A stretch of DNA of 64,000 nt from Nitrospirota bacterium. Its GTDB lineage: Bacteria; Nitrospirota; JACRHL01. The notes beneath the pieces were generated by a model that ran no database searches, was not told the origin of the DNA, and saw nothing but the letters and a program-made list of their open reading frames with translations. Shown here piece after piece: positions 55,962-64,000 of this stretch. Position numbers and translations under genes: made by a program. Within the stretch, counting starts at the first letter, position 1. Each line of letters begins with the position of its first letter. The stretch spans positions 7,487 to 71,486 of the forward strand of contig JACRHL010000018.1 of NCBI GenBank assembly GCA_016212085.1. The letters are read 5' to 3'.

Positions 55962-56024
55962 GCGCCGGCCGCGCAGGGCCGCTCCAGGCCCCTGAAAAAA
56001 TGCCTGAAAATTAAGGGGAACTGT

Positions 56025-56053
56025 TTGACTTTTCTCGGTATTGGCCGTATTCT
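56025..56053 (+). promoter_or_regulatory. Predicted sigma70 promoter of ihfA
   Basis: TTGACT (56025-56030), a 17-nt spacer and TATTCT (56048-56053). A 14-bp perfect palindrome follows at 56056-56069. Confidence 0.45.
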
Positions 56054-56055
56054 TC

Positions 56056-56069
56056 CCCGAAATTTCGGG
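56056..56069 (+). promoter_or_regulatory. 14-bp perfect palindrome cccgaaatttcggg (candidate operator) just downstream of the ihfA -10 element
   Basis: An exact inverted repeat, AT-rich at its centre like IHF-type sites. It lies 3 nt after the -10 hexamer. Confidence 0.4.
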
Positions 56070-56135
56070 TCCAGGTCGGGGGGCCGTCGGACCGCAGTTC
56101 CCCATGTAAAAAGATACGGGTCTGGTTTGTAGAAC

Positions 56136-56420
56136 ATGAGAAAAGCGGACATTGCCAATCTCCTGTACGAACGCCACGGCATCCCCAAGCGGGAGGCCAC
56201 CGCGATCGTCGAGCTGATTCTCGACGAGATCAAGGACTCCCTCGCCGCCGGCGAGGAGGTCAAGATCGCGGGCTTCGGCAACTTCACCGTGCGCGACAAG
56301 ACCGAGCGCAAGGGGCGCAACCCCAAGACCGGTGAGGAGATCGGCATCACGCCGCGCAAGGTGGTCACGTTCCGCGCCAGCCCGGTGTTCAAGCAAAGTG
56401 TCCTGGCCAGCCGCGGATAG
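56136..56420 (+). CDS. ihfA: Integration host factor subunit alpha
   Basis: GFGNFTVRDKTERKGRNPKTGEEIGITPRKVVTFR matches the IHF-alpha arm, distinct from IHF-beta. Confidence 0.85.
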   Translation: MRKADIANLLYERHGIPKREATAIVELILDEIKDSLAAGEEVKIAGFGNFTVRDKTERKGRNPKTGEEIGITPRKVVTFRASPVFKQSVLASRG

Positions 56421-56472
56421 GACAGCGGGCGACGGGCAGCCGCCCACCGGCCGGGGTGACATCCCCGACAAG

Positions 56473-56907
56473 ATGTTCTACAAGATCGGCGAGGTGTCGC
56501 GCATCACCGGGCTGGAGCCCTACGTGCTGCGCTACTGGGAGACCGAGTTCCCGCAGATCAACCCGCGCAAGGGGCGCGGCGGCCAGCGCGAGTACCGGCG
56601 CGAGGACCTGGACACCATCCTCGCCATCCAGGCCATGCTGCGCCAGGAGGGATACACCATATCCGGCGCCAGGCGCAGGCTGCGCCAGGAGGGCATGCGG
56701 GCCGTGCCGCCCGAGGGGGCCGAAACCGCCGCCGATGCCCCGCCCGCCCCGGCGGGCGAGGTTGTTCCCGGCGCGGTGATGGCAGGGGTGGAGCCGGCGC
56801 CGGTGGATGAATTGGTGCAAAAAACCCGAAAGGGCTTGCAGGAATTGCTGCAACTGATGGAAAATACCGATTCCCTTCGGGCGAATCGGTTCCGAATCGG
56901 GGCGTAG
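56473..56907 (+). CDS. MerR-family transcriptional regulator (conserved ihfA-linked type)
   Basis: N-terminal HTH (YKIGEVSRITGLEPYVLRYWE) and a C-terminal coiled coil. The ihfA-merR-tRNA-Pro order matches other gammaproteobacteria. Confidence 0.75.
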   Translation: MFYKIGEVSRITGLEPYVLRYWETEFPQINPRKGRGGQREYRREDLDTILAIQAMLRQEGYTISGARRRLRQEGMRAVPPEGAETAADAPPAPAGEVVPGAVMAGVEPAPVDELVQKTRKGLQELLQLMENTDSLRANRFRIGA

Positions 56908-56974
56908 CGCAGCCCGGTAGCGTACACCCTTGGGGTGGGTGTGGTCGCTGGTTCAAATCCAGTCGCCCCGACCA
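56898..56974 (+). tRNA. tRNA-Pro (anticodon GGG), 77 nt including CCA
   Basis: Acceptor stem cggggcg/cgccccg and the anticodon arm caccc-ttGGGgt-gggtg are present. T-loop ttcaaat. The 5' end overlaps the last 10 nt of the MerR CDS. Confidence 0.9.
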
Positions 56975-57011
56975 TATTTACAGTATGGGGCCTTACAAGG
57001 GCTTCCTTACC

Positions 57012-57056
57012 TTGCCGGCGGCACCGTATACCCTACGGGCCGCCGGCAATTTTTTT
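57012..57056 (+). terminator. Rho-independent terminator after tRNA-Pro
   Basis: Perfect 11-bp stem ttgccggcggc / gccgccggcaa, a 16-nt loop and a T7 run. Confidence 0.8.
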
Positions 57057-57093
57057 ATCCGCCGGGCGTCCCGCTCATTTAATATCGAGTGCC

Positions 57094-57870
57094 ATGAAGC
57101 GCATCCTTGTTTCCAACGACGACGGCATCGACGCCGAGGGCATCCGCGCCCTCGCCGCCGCCCTCGATCCGCTGGGTGAGGTGACGGTGGTGGCCCCGGA
57201 GCGCGAGCAGAGCGCCGCCAGCCACTCGCTCACCCTGCACAAGCCGCTCAGGATCTACGAGCGCGGCCCGCGCCGCTTCGCCGTGAGCGGCACGCCCACC
57301 GACTGCGTGGCCATGGCCGTGCACCACCTGATGGCCGAGCCCCCCGACGTGATCGTGTCGGGCATCAACCGCGGCGCCAACCTGGGCGACGACGTGACCT
57401 ACTCGGGCACCGTGTCGGCGGCCATGGAGGGCACCCTGCTGGGCATTCCGTCCATCGCCGTCTCCCAGTTGTGCTGGGAGGACACCCGCTTCGACGCCGC
57501 CGCCGCCTTCGCGGCGCGCCTGGTGCGCACCCTGTTCGCGCAGATGGCGCGGGGCGCCGGGCTGCCGCCGGACACCCTGCTCAACGTCAACGTGCCCGAC
57601 CGGGCGCCGGACGCCATCCGGGGCATGCGCTGGACCGTGCAGGGCAAGCGCCGCTTCACCAAGGATCAGGTGGTCGAGAAGACCGACCCGCGCGGCAGAA
57701 AATACTACTGGGTGGGCGGCAGCGACCTGGAGTGGGAGGGCAACCCCGCCTCGGACCACACGGCGGTGTGCGACGGCTACATCTCGGTGACGCCGGTGCA
57801 CCTGGACCTCACCAACCACGCGGCCCTGGAGCGCCTGTCCGCCTGGCCCCTGGACGGGGATGACCGCTGA
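57094..57870 (+). CDS. surE: 5'/3'-nucleotidase SurE
   Basis: MKRILVSNDDGIDAEGIRAL N-terminal motif and full SurE collinearity. Confidence 0.9.
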   Translation: MKRILVSNDDGIDAEGIRALAAALDPLGEVTVVAPEREQSAASHSLTLHKPLRIYERGPRRFAVSGTPTDCVAMAVHHLMAEPPDVIVSGINRGANLGDDVTYSGTVSAAMEGTLLGIPSIAVSQLCWEDTRFDAAAAFAARLVRTLFAQMARGAGLPPDTLLNVNVPDRAPDAIRGMRWTVQGKRRFTKDQVVEKTDPRGRKYYWVGGSDLEWEGNPASDHTAVCDGYISVTPVHLDLTNHAALERLSAWPLDGDDR

Positions 57871-58519
57871 CGCCGACGATCAGTGGGCGCCGCGCCGCGC
57901 CGCCATGGTGAGCCTGATCCGCGCCATGGGCGTGCGCGACCAGCGGGTGTTGAGCGTCATGGCGGCGCTGCCGCGCCACCGCTTCGTTCCCGGGAACCTG
58001 CGTGACGCCGCCTATGAGGACGGGGCGCTGCCCATCGGCCTGGGGCAGACCATCTCGCAGCCCTACATGGTGGCGGCCATGACCGAGGCGCTGGCCCTCA
58101 CCGGCACCGAGCGGGTGCTGGAGATCGGCACCGGTTCCGGCTATCAGGCGGCGGTGCTGGCGGGCCTGGCCAGGGAGGTGGTCACCGTGGAGCGGCTGCC
58201 GGAACTTGCCGATAGGGCTCGTATGCGGTTCGCGGAACTGGGCCTGAACAACATCACGGCGCACGTGGCCGACGGCACCGTGGGGGTGCCGGCCCTGGCG
58301 CCGTTCGACGCCATCCTGGTGAGCGCCGGCGCCCCGGCCGTGCCGGAACCGCTGGCGGCGCAGCTCGCCGAGGGCGGCCGGCTGGTGATCCCCGTGGGCG
58401 GTCCCAGGGTGCAAACGCTTTACCGCTACCGCAAGGAGGACGGGGAGATGAAGGGCGAGGCGTTGTTCGATTGTCTGTTCGTGCCCCTGGTCGGGCGGCA
58501 CGGCTGGCCTGCCGGGTGA
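57860..58519 (+). CDS. pcm: Protein-L-isoaspartate O-methyltransferase
   Basis: TISQPYMVA and the VLEIGTGSGYQAA SAM motif. Overlaps the surE 3' end. Confidence 0.9.
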   Translation: MTADADDQWAPRRAAMVSLIRAMGVRDQRVLSVMAALPRHRFVPGNLRDAAYEDGALPIGLGQTISQPYMVAAMTEALALTGTERVLEIGTGSGYQAAVLAGLAREVVTVERLPELADRARMRFAELGLNNITAHVADGTVGVPALAPFDAILVSAGAPAVPEPLAAQLAEGGRLVIPVGGPRVQTLYRYRKEDGEMKGEALFDCLFVPLVGRHGWPAG

Positions 58520-58618
58520 CCCTGTTGCACGGGCTGTACGAGTTGGACGCGGTCGCGGGCCGGCTCCCCCAACAGGGTGTCCGGTTCCGGCCGGCGGCCG
58601 CCGAGGGAGGGGACGACA

Positions 58619-59401
58619 ATGCATGAGCGCAGGCGGGACCATGGCCCGGAGGCGCCGGACACCGGCTGCGTGTACGGCATCCACCCGGTCGAGGAATTGC
58701 TGGCGGAGGGCAGCGGGCGGGTGAGCCGCCTGCATTTCTTGGACGGCGGCGGCTCGAAGCCCCTGGGCGACCTGGTGGCCCGCGCCAAGGCGCTTGCGAT
58801 CCCCTTCGATTTCTGCAACCGGGCGCGGCTGGACGCCCTGGCGGGCACCGCCAAGCACCAGGGGGTGGTGGCCCAGGTGGCGGCCATCCCCTACCTGCCC
58901 CTGGACGACCTGATCGCCCGCGCCGCGGGCGACGCGCCGGGGTTGATCGTGGTGCTGGACGAGGTGTCGGACCCGCGCAACCTGGGGGCGGTGATGCGCA
59001 CGGCGGAGGCGGCTGGGGCGCACGGCATCATCATCCCCAAGCGCCGCGCGGCGCCGGCCACGGACCTGGTGGCCAAGGTGTCGGCCGGGGCCTTCATGCA
59101 CCTGCCCCTGACGCGGGTGGACAACACGGTGCAGGCGTTGGAGCGCTTGAAGCAGGCGGGGTATTGGGTGTACGGTCTGGCGGCTGACGGACCGGTCAAC
59201 ATCGCCCAGGCGGACTTCCGGGCCGCCACCGTGCTGGTGCTGGGGGCCGAGGGCAAAGGCCTGCGCCCCCTGGTGGCGCGCCACTGCGACCACCTGGTGC
59301 GCATCCCGCTCAAGGGCAGGACGCCGTCGCTGAACGTTTCGGTGGCGGCGGCGGTGGCCATTTTCGCCGTGATCGGCCAGCGTGAGGGGTGGGGTTCCTG
59401 A
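58619..59401 (+). CDS. SpoU/TrmH-family RNA 2'-O-methyltransferase, RlmB-like
   Basis: N-terminal RlmB-type substrate-binding domain plus a SPOUT core (LDEVSDPRNLGAVMRTAEAAG, VLGAEGKGL, NVSVAAAV). It occupies the position where nlpD normally sits. Confidence 0.75.
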   Translation: MHERRRDHGPEAPDTGCVYGIHPVEELLAEGSGRVSRLHFLDGGGSKPLGDLVARAKALAIPFDFCNRARLDALAGTAKHQGVVAQVAAIPYLPLDDLIARAAGDAPGLIVVLDEVSDPRNLGAVMRTAEAAGAHGIIIPKRRAAPATDLVAKVSAGAFMHLPLTRVDNTVQALERLKQAGYWVYGLAADGPVNIAQADFRAATVLVLGAEGKGLRPLVARHCDHLVRIPLKGRTPSLNVSVAAAVAIFAVIGQREGWGS

Positions 59402-59452
59402 CCTGTTTCCGGTTATACTGCCCAGACAGGGAAAAATGGGAGGAGACACACG

Positions 59453-60373
59453 TTGTCCAGCGCTGAGGTAGATCTGCTGCGGGTGCTCGCGAACCACGAC
59501 GACGAGGAGCCCGAGGAAGAGGAGGCGGAGGTCAGCACCGTGGCCAGCACCGACGTGGTGCACAGCTACCTGCGTGACATCCGCCGCTCGCAACTGCTCA
59601 CCTATGAGCAGGAGCAGGATCTCGGCCGCCGCATCCAGGAGGGCGACGAGGACGCCCGGCGGCAGATGATCGAGTCGAACCTGCGGCTGGTGGTGTCCAT
59701 CGGCAAGCGTTACATCAACCGCGGCCTGCCGTTCTCGGACATCATCGAGGAGGGCAACCTGGGCCTGATGCGGGCGGTGGAGAAGTTCGACCACACCAAG
59801 GGTTTCAAGCTTTCCACCTACGCCTCCTGGTGGATCCGCCAGTCCATCGAGCGCGCCATCATCAACCAGTCGAAGGTGGTGCGCCTGCCGGTGCACGTGG
59901 TGGAGCGCATGAACCAGTATTTCAAGGCGGTGGAGCAACTGGTCCAGGAGCATGGCGAGGATCCGCCGGTGGAGCTGATCGCCGCCGCCCTGGGCAAGAG
60001 CGTGGACGAGGTGGAGCAGCTCCAGGGCATGCTGCAAAGCACCTATTCCCTCGACAGCCCGGTGGGCGACCAGGAGGACACCCCCCTGGGCGACCTGATC
60101 GAGGACAGCAAGGGCATCTCCCCCTCCGCCACCACCGAGGGCATCCTGCAACGCGAGCGCATCCTCAAGTGGCTCAGCGCCCTGCGTGAGAAGGAACGCC
60201 AGGTGATCGTGTACCGCTTCGGCCTGGAGGGCGAGGAGCCCAAGACGCTGGAGCAGATCGGCGCCATCTTCGGCCTCACCCGCGAGCGGGTGCGCCAGAT
60301 CGAGGCGGCGGCGCTGGTGAAGCTGCGCGCCATGGTCGCCGAGCAGACCCTGACCGCCAATGAGTTCCTGTAG
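59453..60373 (+). CDS. rpoS: RNA polymerase sigma factor RpoS (group 2 sigma-70)
   Basis: TTG start after GGGAGG. Regions 2.1-2.4 ([42 protein letters not shown]) and 4.2 ([10 protein letters not shown]) are near-identical to RpoS. There is no region 1.1 or long spacer. Lies downstream of surE-pcm. Confidence 0.75.
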   Translation: MSSAEVDLLRVLANHDDEEPEEEEAEVSTVASTDVVHSYLRDIRRSQLLTYEQEQDLGRRIQEGDEDARRQMIESNLRLVVSIGKRYINRGLPFSDIIEEGNLGLMRAVEKFDHTKGFKLSTYASWWIRQSIERAIINQSKVVRLPVHVVERMNQYFKAVEQLVQEHGEDPPVELIAAALGKSVDEVEQLQGMLQSTYSLDSPVGDQEDTPLGDLIEDSKGISPSATTEGILQRERILKWLSALREKERQVIVYRFGLEGEEPKTLEQIGAIFGLTRERVRQIEAAALVKLRAMVAEQTLTANEFL

Positions 60374-60416
60374 GCGCCGCCCGGCCCCGTTTCCCCTTCC
60401 AAGGCCGTTTCCATCC

Positions 60417-60938
60417 ATGGACCTTTTGCACTACATCCGCCAGGTGCCGGAGTTCCCCAAGCCCGGCATCAATTTCTTCGACATCACCACCCTGCTCAAG
60501 GAGCCGGAGGCCTTCGCCGAGGTGATCCGCCGCCTGGCGGAGCCGTTCCAGACCGCCGGCGTGCGCCGGGTGGTGGGCACCGAGGCGCGCGGCTTCATCC
60601 TGGGCGCGCCGGTGGCGCTGGCCCTGGGGGCCGGCTTCGTGCCGGTGCGCAAGCCCGGCAAGCTGCCCGCCGCCACCCATCAGGCCAGCTATGAGCTGGA
60701 GTACGGCACCGACACCCTGTGCATCCATCAGGACGCCATCCAGTCCGGCGAGAAGGTGCTGATCGTGGACGACTTGCTGGCCACCGGCGGCACCCTGGGC
60801 GCCACCGTCGAGCTGGTGGAAAAGCTGGGGGGCGACGTGGTGGGCCTGTCCATCATGATCGACCTGACCGAGCTCAAGGATCTGCCTGCCCGCAAGCACA
60901 TTGCCCACATCCGGCAGCACGCGGTCCTGTCGGTTTGA
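60417..60938 (+). CDS. apt: Adenine phosphoribosyltransferase
   Basis: PRPP motif [13 protein letters not shown]. Confidence 0.85.
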   Translation: MDLLHYIRQVPEFPKPGINFFDITTLLKEPEAFAEVIRRLAEPFQTAGVRRVVGTEARGFILGAPVALALGAGFVPVRKPGKLPAATHQASYELEYGTDTLCIHQDAIQSGEKVLIVDDLLATGGTLGATVELVEKLGGDVVGLSIMIDLTELKDLPARKHIAHIRQHAVLSV

Positions 60939-60945
60939 GCCGGCG

Positions 60946-61599
60946 GTGAAGCGGCACCTGCCGTTCGCGTTCTGGGCCGCGCTGCTGGCGGGGTGCACCT
61001 CCCAGGTGGACGCCCAGCTCGACGCCGCCCAGCTGGAGATGCGCCAGGGGGCGTACGAGCATGCCGTGGACCTCTACGCCGAGGTGCTGGAGAACGTGCC
61101 CAGGGCGCCCAACATCCACACCAACATGGGGTTCGCCCTGCTGCAACTGGACCGCCACGCGGAGGCGCTGGCCCACTTCGAGACCGCCCAGGCTCAGCTT
61201 GGAGCCGGCAAGGCCGACGTGTCGCTGCTGCACAACTGGGCGAGCGCCCTGGAGAGGCTCGACCGGCTGGAAGAGGCCGAGGCCAAATACGCCGAGGCCG
61301 CCCAGGTGGATCCGGGCCGCGCATCGGTGCTCATAAACTGGGCCAACCTGCTCGGCCGCATGGGCCGCCTGGACGATGCGGAACAGCGCTACGCCCAGGC
61401 GCTGGCGGCGGAACCGGAATCGGCCCTGGCGTGGGTCAACCGGGGTTACACCCTGGAGCGGCTGGGGCGCCCGGAGGAGGCACTCGTCTGCTACCGCACC
61501 TTCCTGACCTTTTCCGACGACGCGCCGTCGGACCTGATCGACCACGCGCGCCGCTTCGTCGCCCAGGCAGAGGCGGCGGGGCAGGTGGCGGGGGGCTGA
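60946..61599 (+). CDS. TPR-repeat lipoprotein
   Basis: GTG start, lipobox LLAGC and four to five TPR-like repeats. Confidence 0.6.
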   Translation: MKRHLPFAFWAALLAGCTSQVDAQLDAAQLEMRQGAYEHAVDLYAEVLENVPRAPNIHTNMGFALLQLDRHAEALAHFETAQAQLGAGKADVSLLHNWASALERLDRLEEAEAKYAEAAQVDPGRASVLINWANLLGRMGRLDDAEQRYAQALAAEPESALAWVNRGYTLERLGRPEEALVCYRTFLTFSDDAPSDLIDHARRFVAQAEAAGQVAGG

Positions 61600-62483
61600 T
61601 GCGCTGGCTCGCCCTGCTGCTGCCCCTGCTGCTGGCCGGGGCCGCCCACGCGGAACAGGTGGTGGTGATCAAGAGCCACGACCAGGGCCTGTACAACCGC
61701 GCGGTGGAGGGGGTGGCGGGCTCCTACCGCGCCGACCGGGGCGACCGGGTGACGGTGGTCAACCTGGACGATGTGACCGCCACCGGCATGGCCCTGCCGG
61801 GCACGCCGGACGTGGTCATCACCGTGGGCGCCGCGGCCACCCGCTTTGCCGTGGGCCGCTACCCCAGCACCCCCATCGTCTACTGCATGGTGGTGCGCCC
61901 GGAGCGGCTGCCGCTGACGCCCTACACGGTGGGCATCTCCATGTTCGTGCCGGTGGCGGACCTGCTGGCCACCCTGGAACTGGTGTCCCACAACATCCGC
62001 CACGTGGGGGTGCTGCACAACCGGGAACAGAGCCAGATGGTGGACAGCGCCGTCGCCAACCTGAAGGGTTTCGAGGCCACCATCATCCCGGTGGAGGTGG
62101 ACGACCCGCGCAGCCTGCCCAGGCTGGCCCGGCGCCTGGTGTTGCAGATCGACGCCCTGTGGGTGGTGCCGGGCACCGTCACCGACCTGGACGCCATGCA
62201 GTTTCTTCTCAAGCTTTCCTACGAGCACCGGGTGCCGCTGATCGGCGATTCGCCGGCCATGGTGCGCGCCGGGGCGCTGTTGGCCATCACCCCGGACCCG
62301 GTGGACCTGGGGCGCCAGGCGGCGCGTCTGGCAGGCTATCTCATCAGCGGCGAGGGGTTGCCGCCGGAGCAGTTGTTCTATCCGGACATGGCGAACCTGG
62401 CCATCAACCTCAAGACCGCCCGCGCCTGGGGCATCGAGGTGCCCAAGATGCTGGTGGATTTCGCATCGGTGACCGTGGAATGA
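61599..62483 (+). CDS. Periplasmic ABC-transporter-substrate-binding-like sensory partner protein (PF04392-type)
   Basis: Signal peptide (MRWLALLLPLLLAGAAHA) and a type I periplasmic-binding-protein-like fold pattern. It has a 1-nt overlap with the upstream gene and sits 14 nt upstream of the histidine kinase. Confidence 0.65.
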   Translation: MRWLALLLPLLLAGAAHAEQVVVIKSHDQGLYNRAVEGVAGSYRADRGDRVTVVNLDDVTATGMALPGTPDVVITVGAAATRFAVGRYPSTPIVYCMVVRPERLPLTPYTVGISMFVPVADLLATLELVSHNIRHVGVLHNREQSQMVDSAVANLKGFEATIIPVEVDDPRSLPRLARRLVLQIDALWVVPGTVTDLDAMQFLLKLSYEHRVPLIGDSPAMVRAGALLAITPDPVDLGRQAARLAGYLISGEGLPPEQLFYPDMANLAINLKTARAWGIEVPKMLVDFASVTVE

Positions 62484-62496
62484 CCGGGAGGCGGGG

Positions 62497-64000
62497 ATGA
62501 AGGCGGCCGTTCCGTTCCATCGCGGCATCGCCGCCAAGGCGCTCGGGGTGCTCACCCTGATCGTGACGGTGGTCAGCCTGGTGAGCGGCTACTACTCGCT
62601 GGTCGGCGCCCGCGCGCTGCTCACCGAACAGCTTACCGAGCGCGGCCTGGTGCTGGCCCGCAGCCTGGCGGTGAACGCGGGCTACGGCGTGTACACGGAG
62701 GACACCATCACCCTCAACCAGCTGCTGGACAGCGTCACGGCGGAGCCCGACGTGCTGTTCGCGGTCATCACCTCCGCCGACGGCACCGATCTGGCGCGCC
62801 GCTCGCGCCGGGGCGGCGACGCCCTGCTGGTGGCCATGCGCGACCGCTTTCCGGCGGGCGACGTGGAGCAGGCCCAGGCGGAGCAGGTGGGCGACGAGGG
62901 GTTCCTGCTGCTGTCCACCCCGGTGAAGACCCGCGAGTTCGTGCTCACCGACCAGGAGGAGAGCTTCCTCATCAGCTTCCTCGACGTGGGCTTTTCGCCG
63001 GACGAGCGGCTCGAGATGACCCGGGAGGAGCACCAGATCCTGCGGGGCCACGTGCACCTGGGCCTGTCCACCGCCGACATCGGCGACGGCATGGGCGAGG
63101 TGACCGGCAAGGTGGCGGCCCTGAGCGTGGTGGTGATCCTGGCGGGCATCGCCGTGTCGGCATTGCTGGTGCGCCTGATGGTCCGGCCGCTGCTCCGGGT
63201 CACCCACGTCACCACCCAGGTGGCCGGCGGCAACCTGTCCGCCAAGGTGGACGTGCGCGGCCAGGACGAGCTGGCTCTGCTGGGCCACGCCTTCAACCAG
63301 ATGACCGAGGCGCTCAAGGGGCGCGACGCCCAGATCCGCCGCAGCCAGGAGCGCCTGGCCAACGCCAACAAGGAGCTGGCGGACCTGAACAGCCACCTGG
63401 AGGACCGGGTGGCGCAGCGCACCATGGAACTGCGCGAGAAGAGCGAGGCGCTGGAAAAAACCAACCGGGAGCTGGTGCTGGCCACCGAGCGCAAGAGCCG
63501 CTTCATGGCCAATTTGGCCCACGAGCTGCGCACCCCGCTGAACTCGGTGATCGGCTTCTCGGAGGCGCTGCGCGACGGGCTGCTGGGCCCGCTTCCCGAC
63601 AGGCAGCTCAAGTACGTGAACAACATCGTCACCAGCGGCCGCCACATCCTCGACATGAGCGGCGGCATCCTCGACCTGTCGAAGATCGAGGCGGGCACGG
63701 TGGCGGTGCGCCTGGAATCCCTGGACGTGGCCCAGGCCCTCGAGGAGATCGTCACCATCACCGAGCCGCAATGGGCCGCGCGCGGCCTGTCGCTGGTCGC
63801 GGACGTGGCGGATCTGGACCGTGACCGGGCCTGCCTGGCCGACCGGGGCAAGTTCAAGCAGGTGCTGTACAACCTGGTCTCCAACGCCATCAAGTTCTCC
63901 CCGGAGGGGGGCGTGCTGCGCATGAGCGCCCGCACCGACGGCGACCATTTCGAGCTGCGCGTGAGCGATTCCGGCCCGGGCGTGCCCGAGCACCACCGCG
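62497..64000 (+). CDS. Sensor histidine kinase (two TM helices, HAMP, HisKA, HATPase_c), 3'-truncated by the window edge
   Basis: ATG after GGGAGG. HAMP (LLGHAFNQMTEALKGRD), coiled coil, H-box (FMANLAHELRTPLNSV) and the start of an N-box (NLVSNAIKFS). No stop codon within the window. Confidence 0.75.
   Translation, partial: MKAAVPFHRGIAAKALGVLTLIVTVVSLVSGYYSLVGARALLTEQLTERGLVLARSLAVNAGYGVYTEDTITLNQLLDSVTAEPDVLFAVITSADGTDLARRSRRGGDALLVAMRDRFPAGDVEQAQAEQVGDEGFLLLSTPVKTREFVLTDQEESFLISFLDVGFSPDERLEMTREEHQILRGHVHLGLSTADIGDGMGEVTGKVAALSVVVILAGIAVSALLVRLMVRPLLRVTHVTTQVAGGNLSAKVDVRGQDELALLGHAFNQMTEALKGRDAQIRRSQERLANANKELADLNSHLEDRVAQRTMELREKSEALEKTNRELVLATERKSRFMANLAHELRTPLNSVIGFSEALRDGLLGPLPDRQLKYVNNIVTSGRHILDMSGGILDLSKIEAGTVAVRLESLDVAQALEEIVTITEPQWAARGLSLVADVADLDRDRACLADRGKFKQVLYNLVSNAIKFSPEGGVLRMSARTDGDHFELRVSDSGPGVPEHHR

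Noticed and set aside
52089-60418. Antisense ORFs 52089..53924, 53846..55738 and 57809..60418 opposite lysC, cimA and pcm/rlmB/rpoS
   Set aside because: Artefactual open frames in GC-rich antisense strands with no domain content.
1-64000. Searched for CRISPR arrays, IS elements, integrases, phage genes, toxin-antitoxin pairs and restriction-modification genes
   Set aside because: No spaced direct-repeat arrays, transposase or integrase motifs, or terminal inverted repeats were seen. The only repeats found are the intragenic 35-nt MCE repeats and short palindromes/hairpins reported above.

Overview
The window is a very GC-rich, densely packed bacterial chromosomal segment with about 65 genes and almost no intergenic space. 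Several conserved gene arrays suggest a gammaproteobacterial core genome, possibly from a Chromatiales-like lineage (inference): rpsB-tsf-pyrH-frr, pdxA-rsmA(ksgA), ihfA-merR-tRNA-Pro and surE-pcm-...-rpoS.

Genes that can be called with reasonable confidence:
- Left end: a SAM-methyltransferase/CpdA-like phosphodiesterase pair, dapE, B12-dependent methionine synthase metH and tldD.
- Translation block rpsB-tsf-pyrH-frr, followed by alr and an Mla-like lipid-transport set (mlaE, mlaF and a long MCE-domain protein).
- A complete, contiguous System I cytochrome c maturation operon ccmABCDEFGHI plus tlpA-like and ccdA.
- A convergent rsmA-pdxA-CDF transporter unit, a dihydroorotase-family amidohydrolase, a hotdog thioesterase, recQ, rmuC, a class IV aminotransferase and a REC-GGDEF-EAL protein.
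- tRNA-Leu(CAG) with its own promoter, fbp, yajQ, a CPBP protease, mrcA (PBP1A) and lipA.
- An amino-acid biosynthesis supraoperon: alaA-like aminotransferase, hom, thrC, a COG3635 ApgM-like metalloenzyme, lysC and cimA.
- rseC-like, ihfA, a MerR regulator, tRNA-Pro(GGG) with a clean terminator, surE, pcm, an rlmB-like methyltransferase, rpoS, apt, a TPR lipoprotein, a PF04392 binding protein and a truncated sensor histidine kinase.

No transposase, integrase, CRISPR array, rRNA gene or obvious prophage was seen.

Observations worth a second look:
1. The ApgM-family metalloenzyme sits where thrB is expected, between thrC and lysC; it is a candidate non-orthologous homoserine kinase.
2. A minus-strand module pairs a secreted LolA-like protein with a dCache-HAMP-GAF membrane sensor that has no output domain.
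3. A BPL/LplA/LipB-fold protein that appears to lack the catalytic lysine, plus an overlapping zinc-ribbon ORF, lies downstream of tldD. No lipB is linked to lipA in this window.
4. An island of about 650 bp with visibly lower GC encodes a polytopic membrane protein.
5. An unannotated 29-codon transmembrane microprotein has a strong Shine-Dalgarno sequence.
6. Exact 35-nt direct repeats inside the MCE gene encode tandem GEGTLGKLVNDP peptide repeats.
7. Several sharply defined promoter, operator-like and terminator elements flank the tRNA and ihfA loci.

Most very long ORFs in the six-frame track, on both strands, are GC-driven artefacts that overlap real genes.
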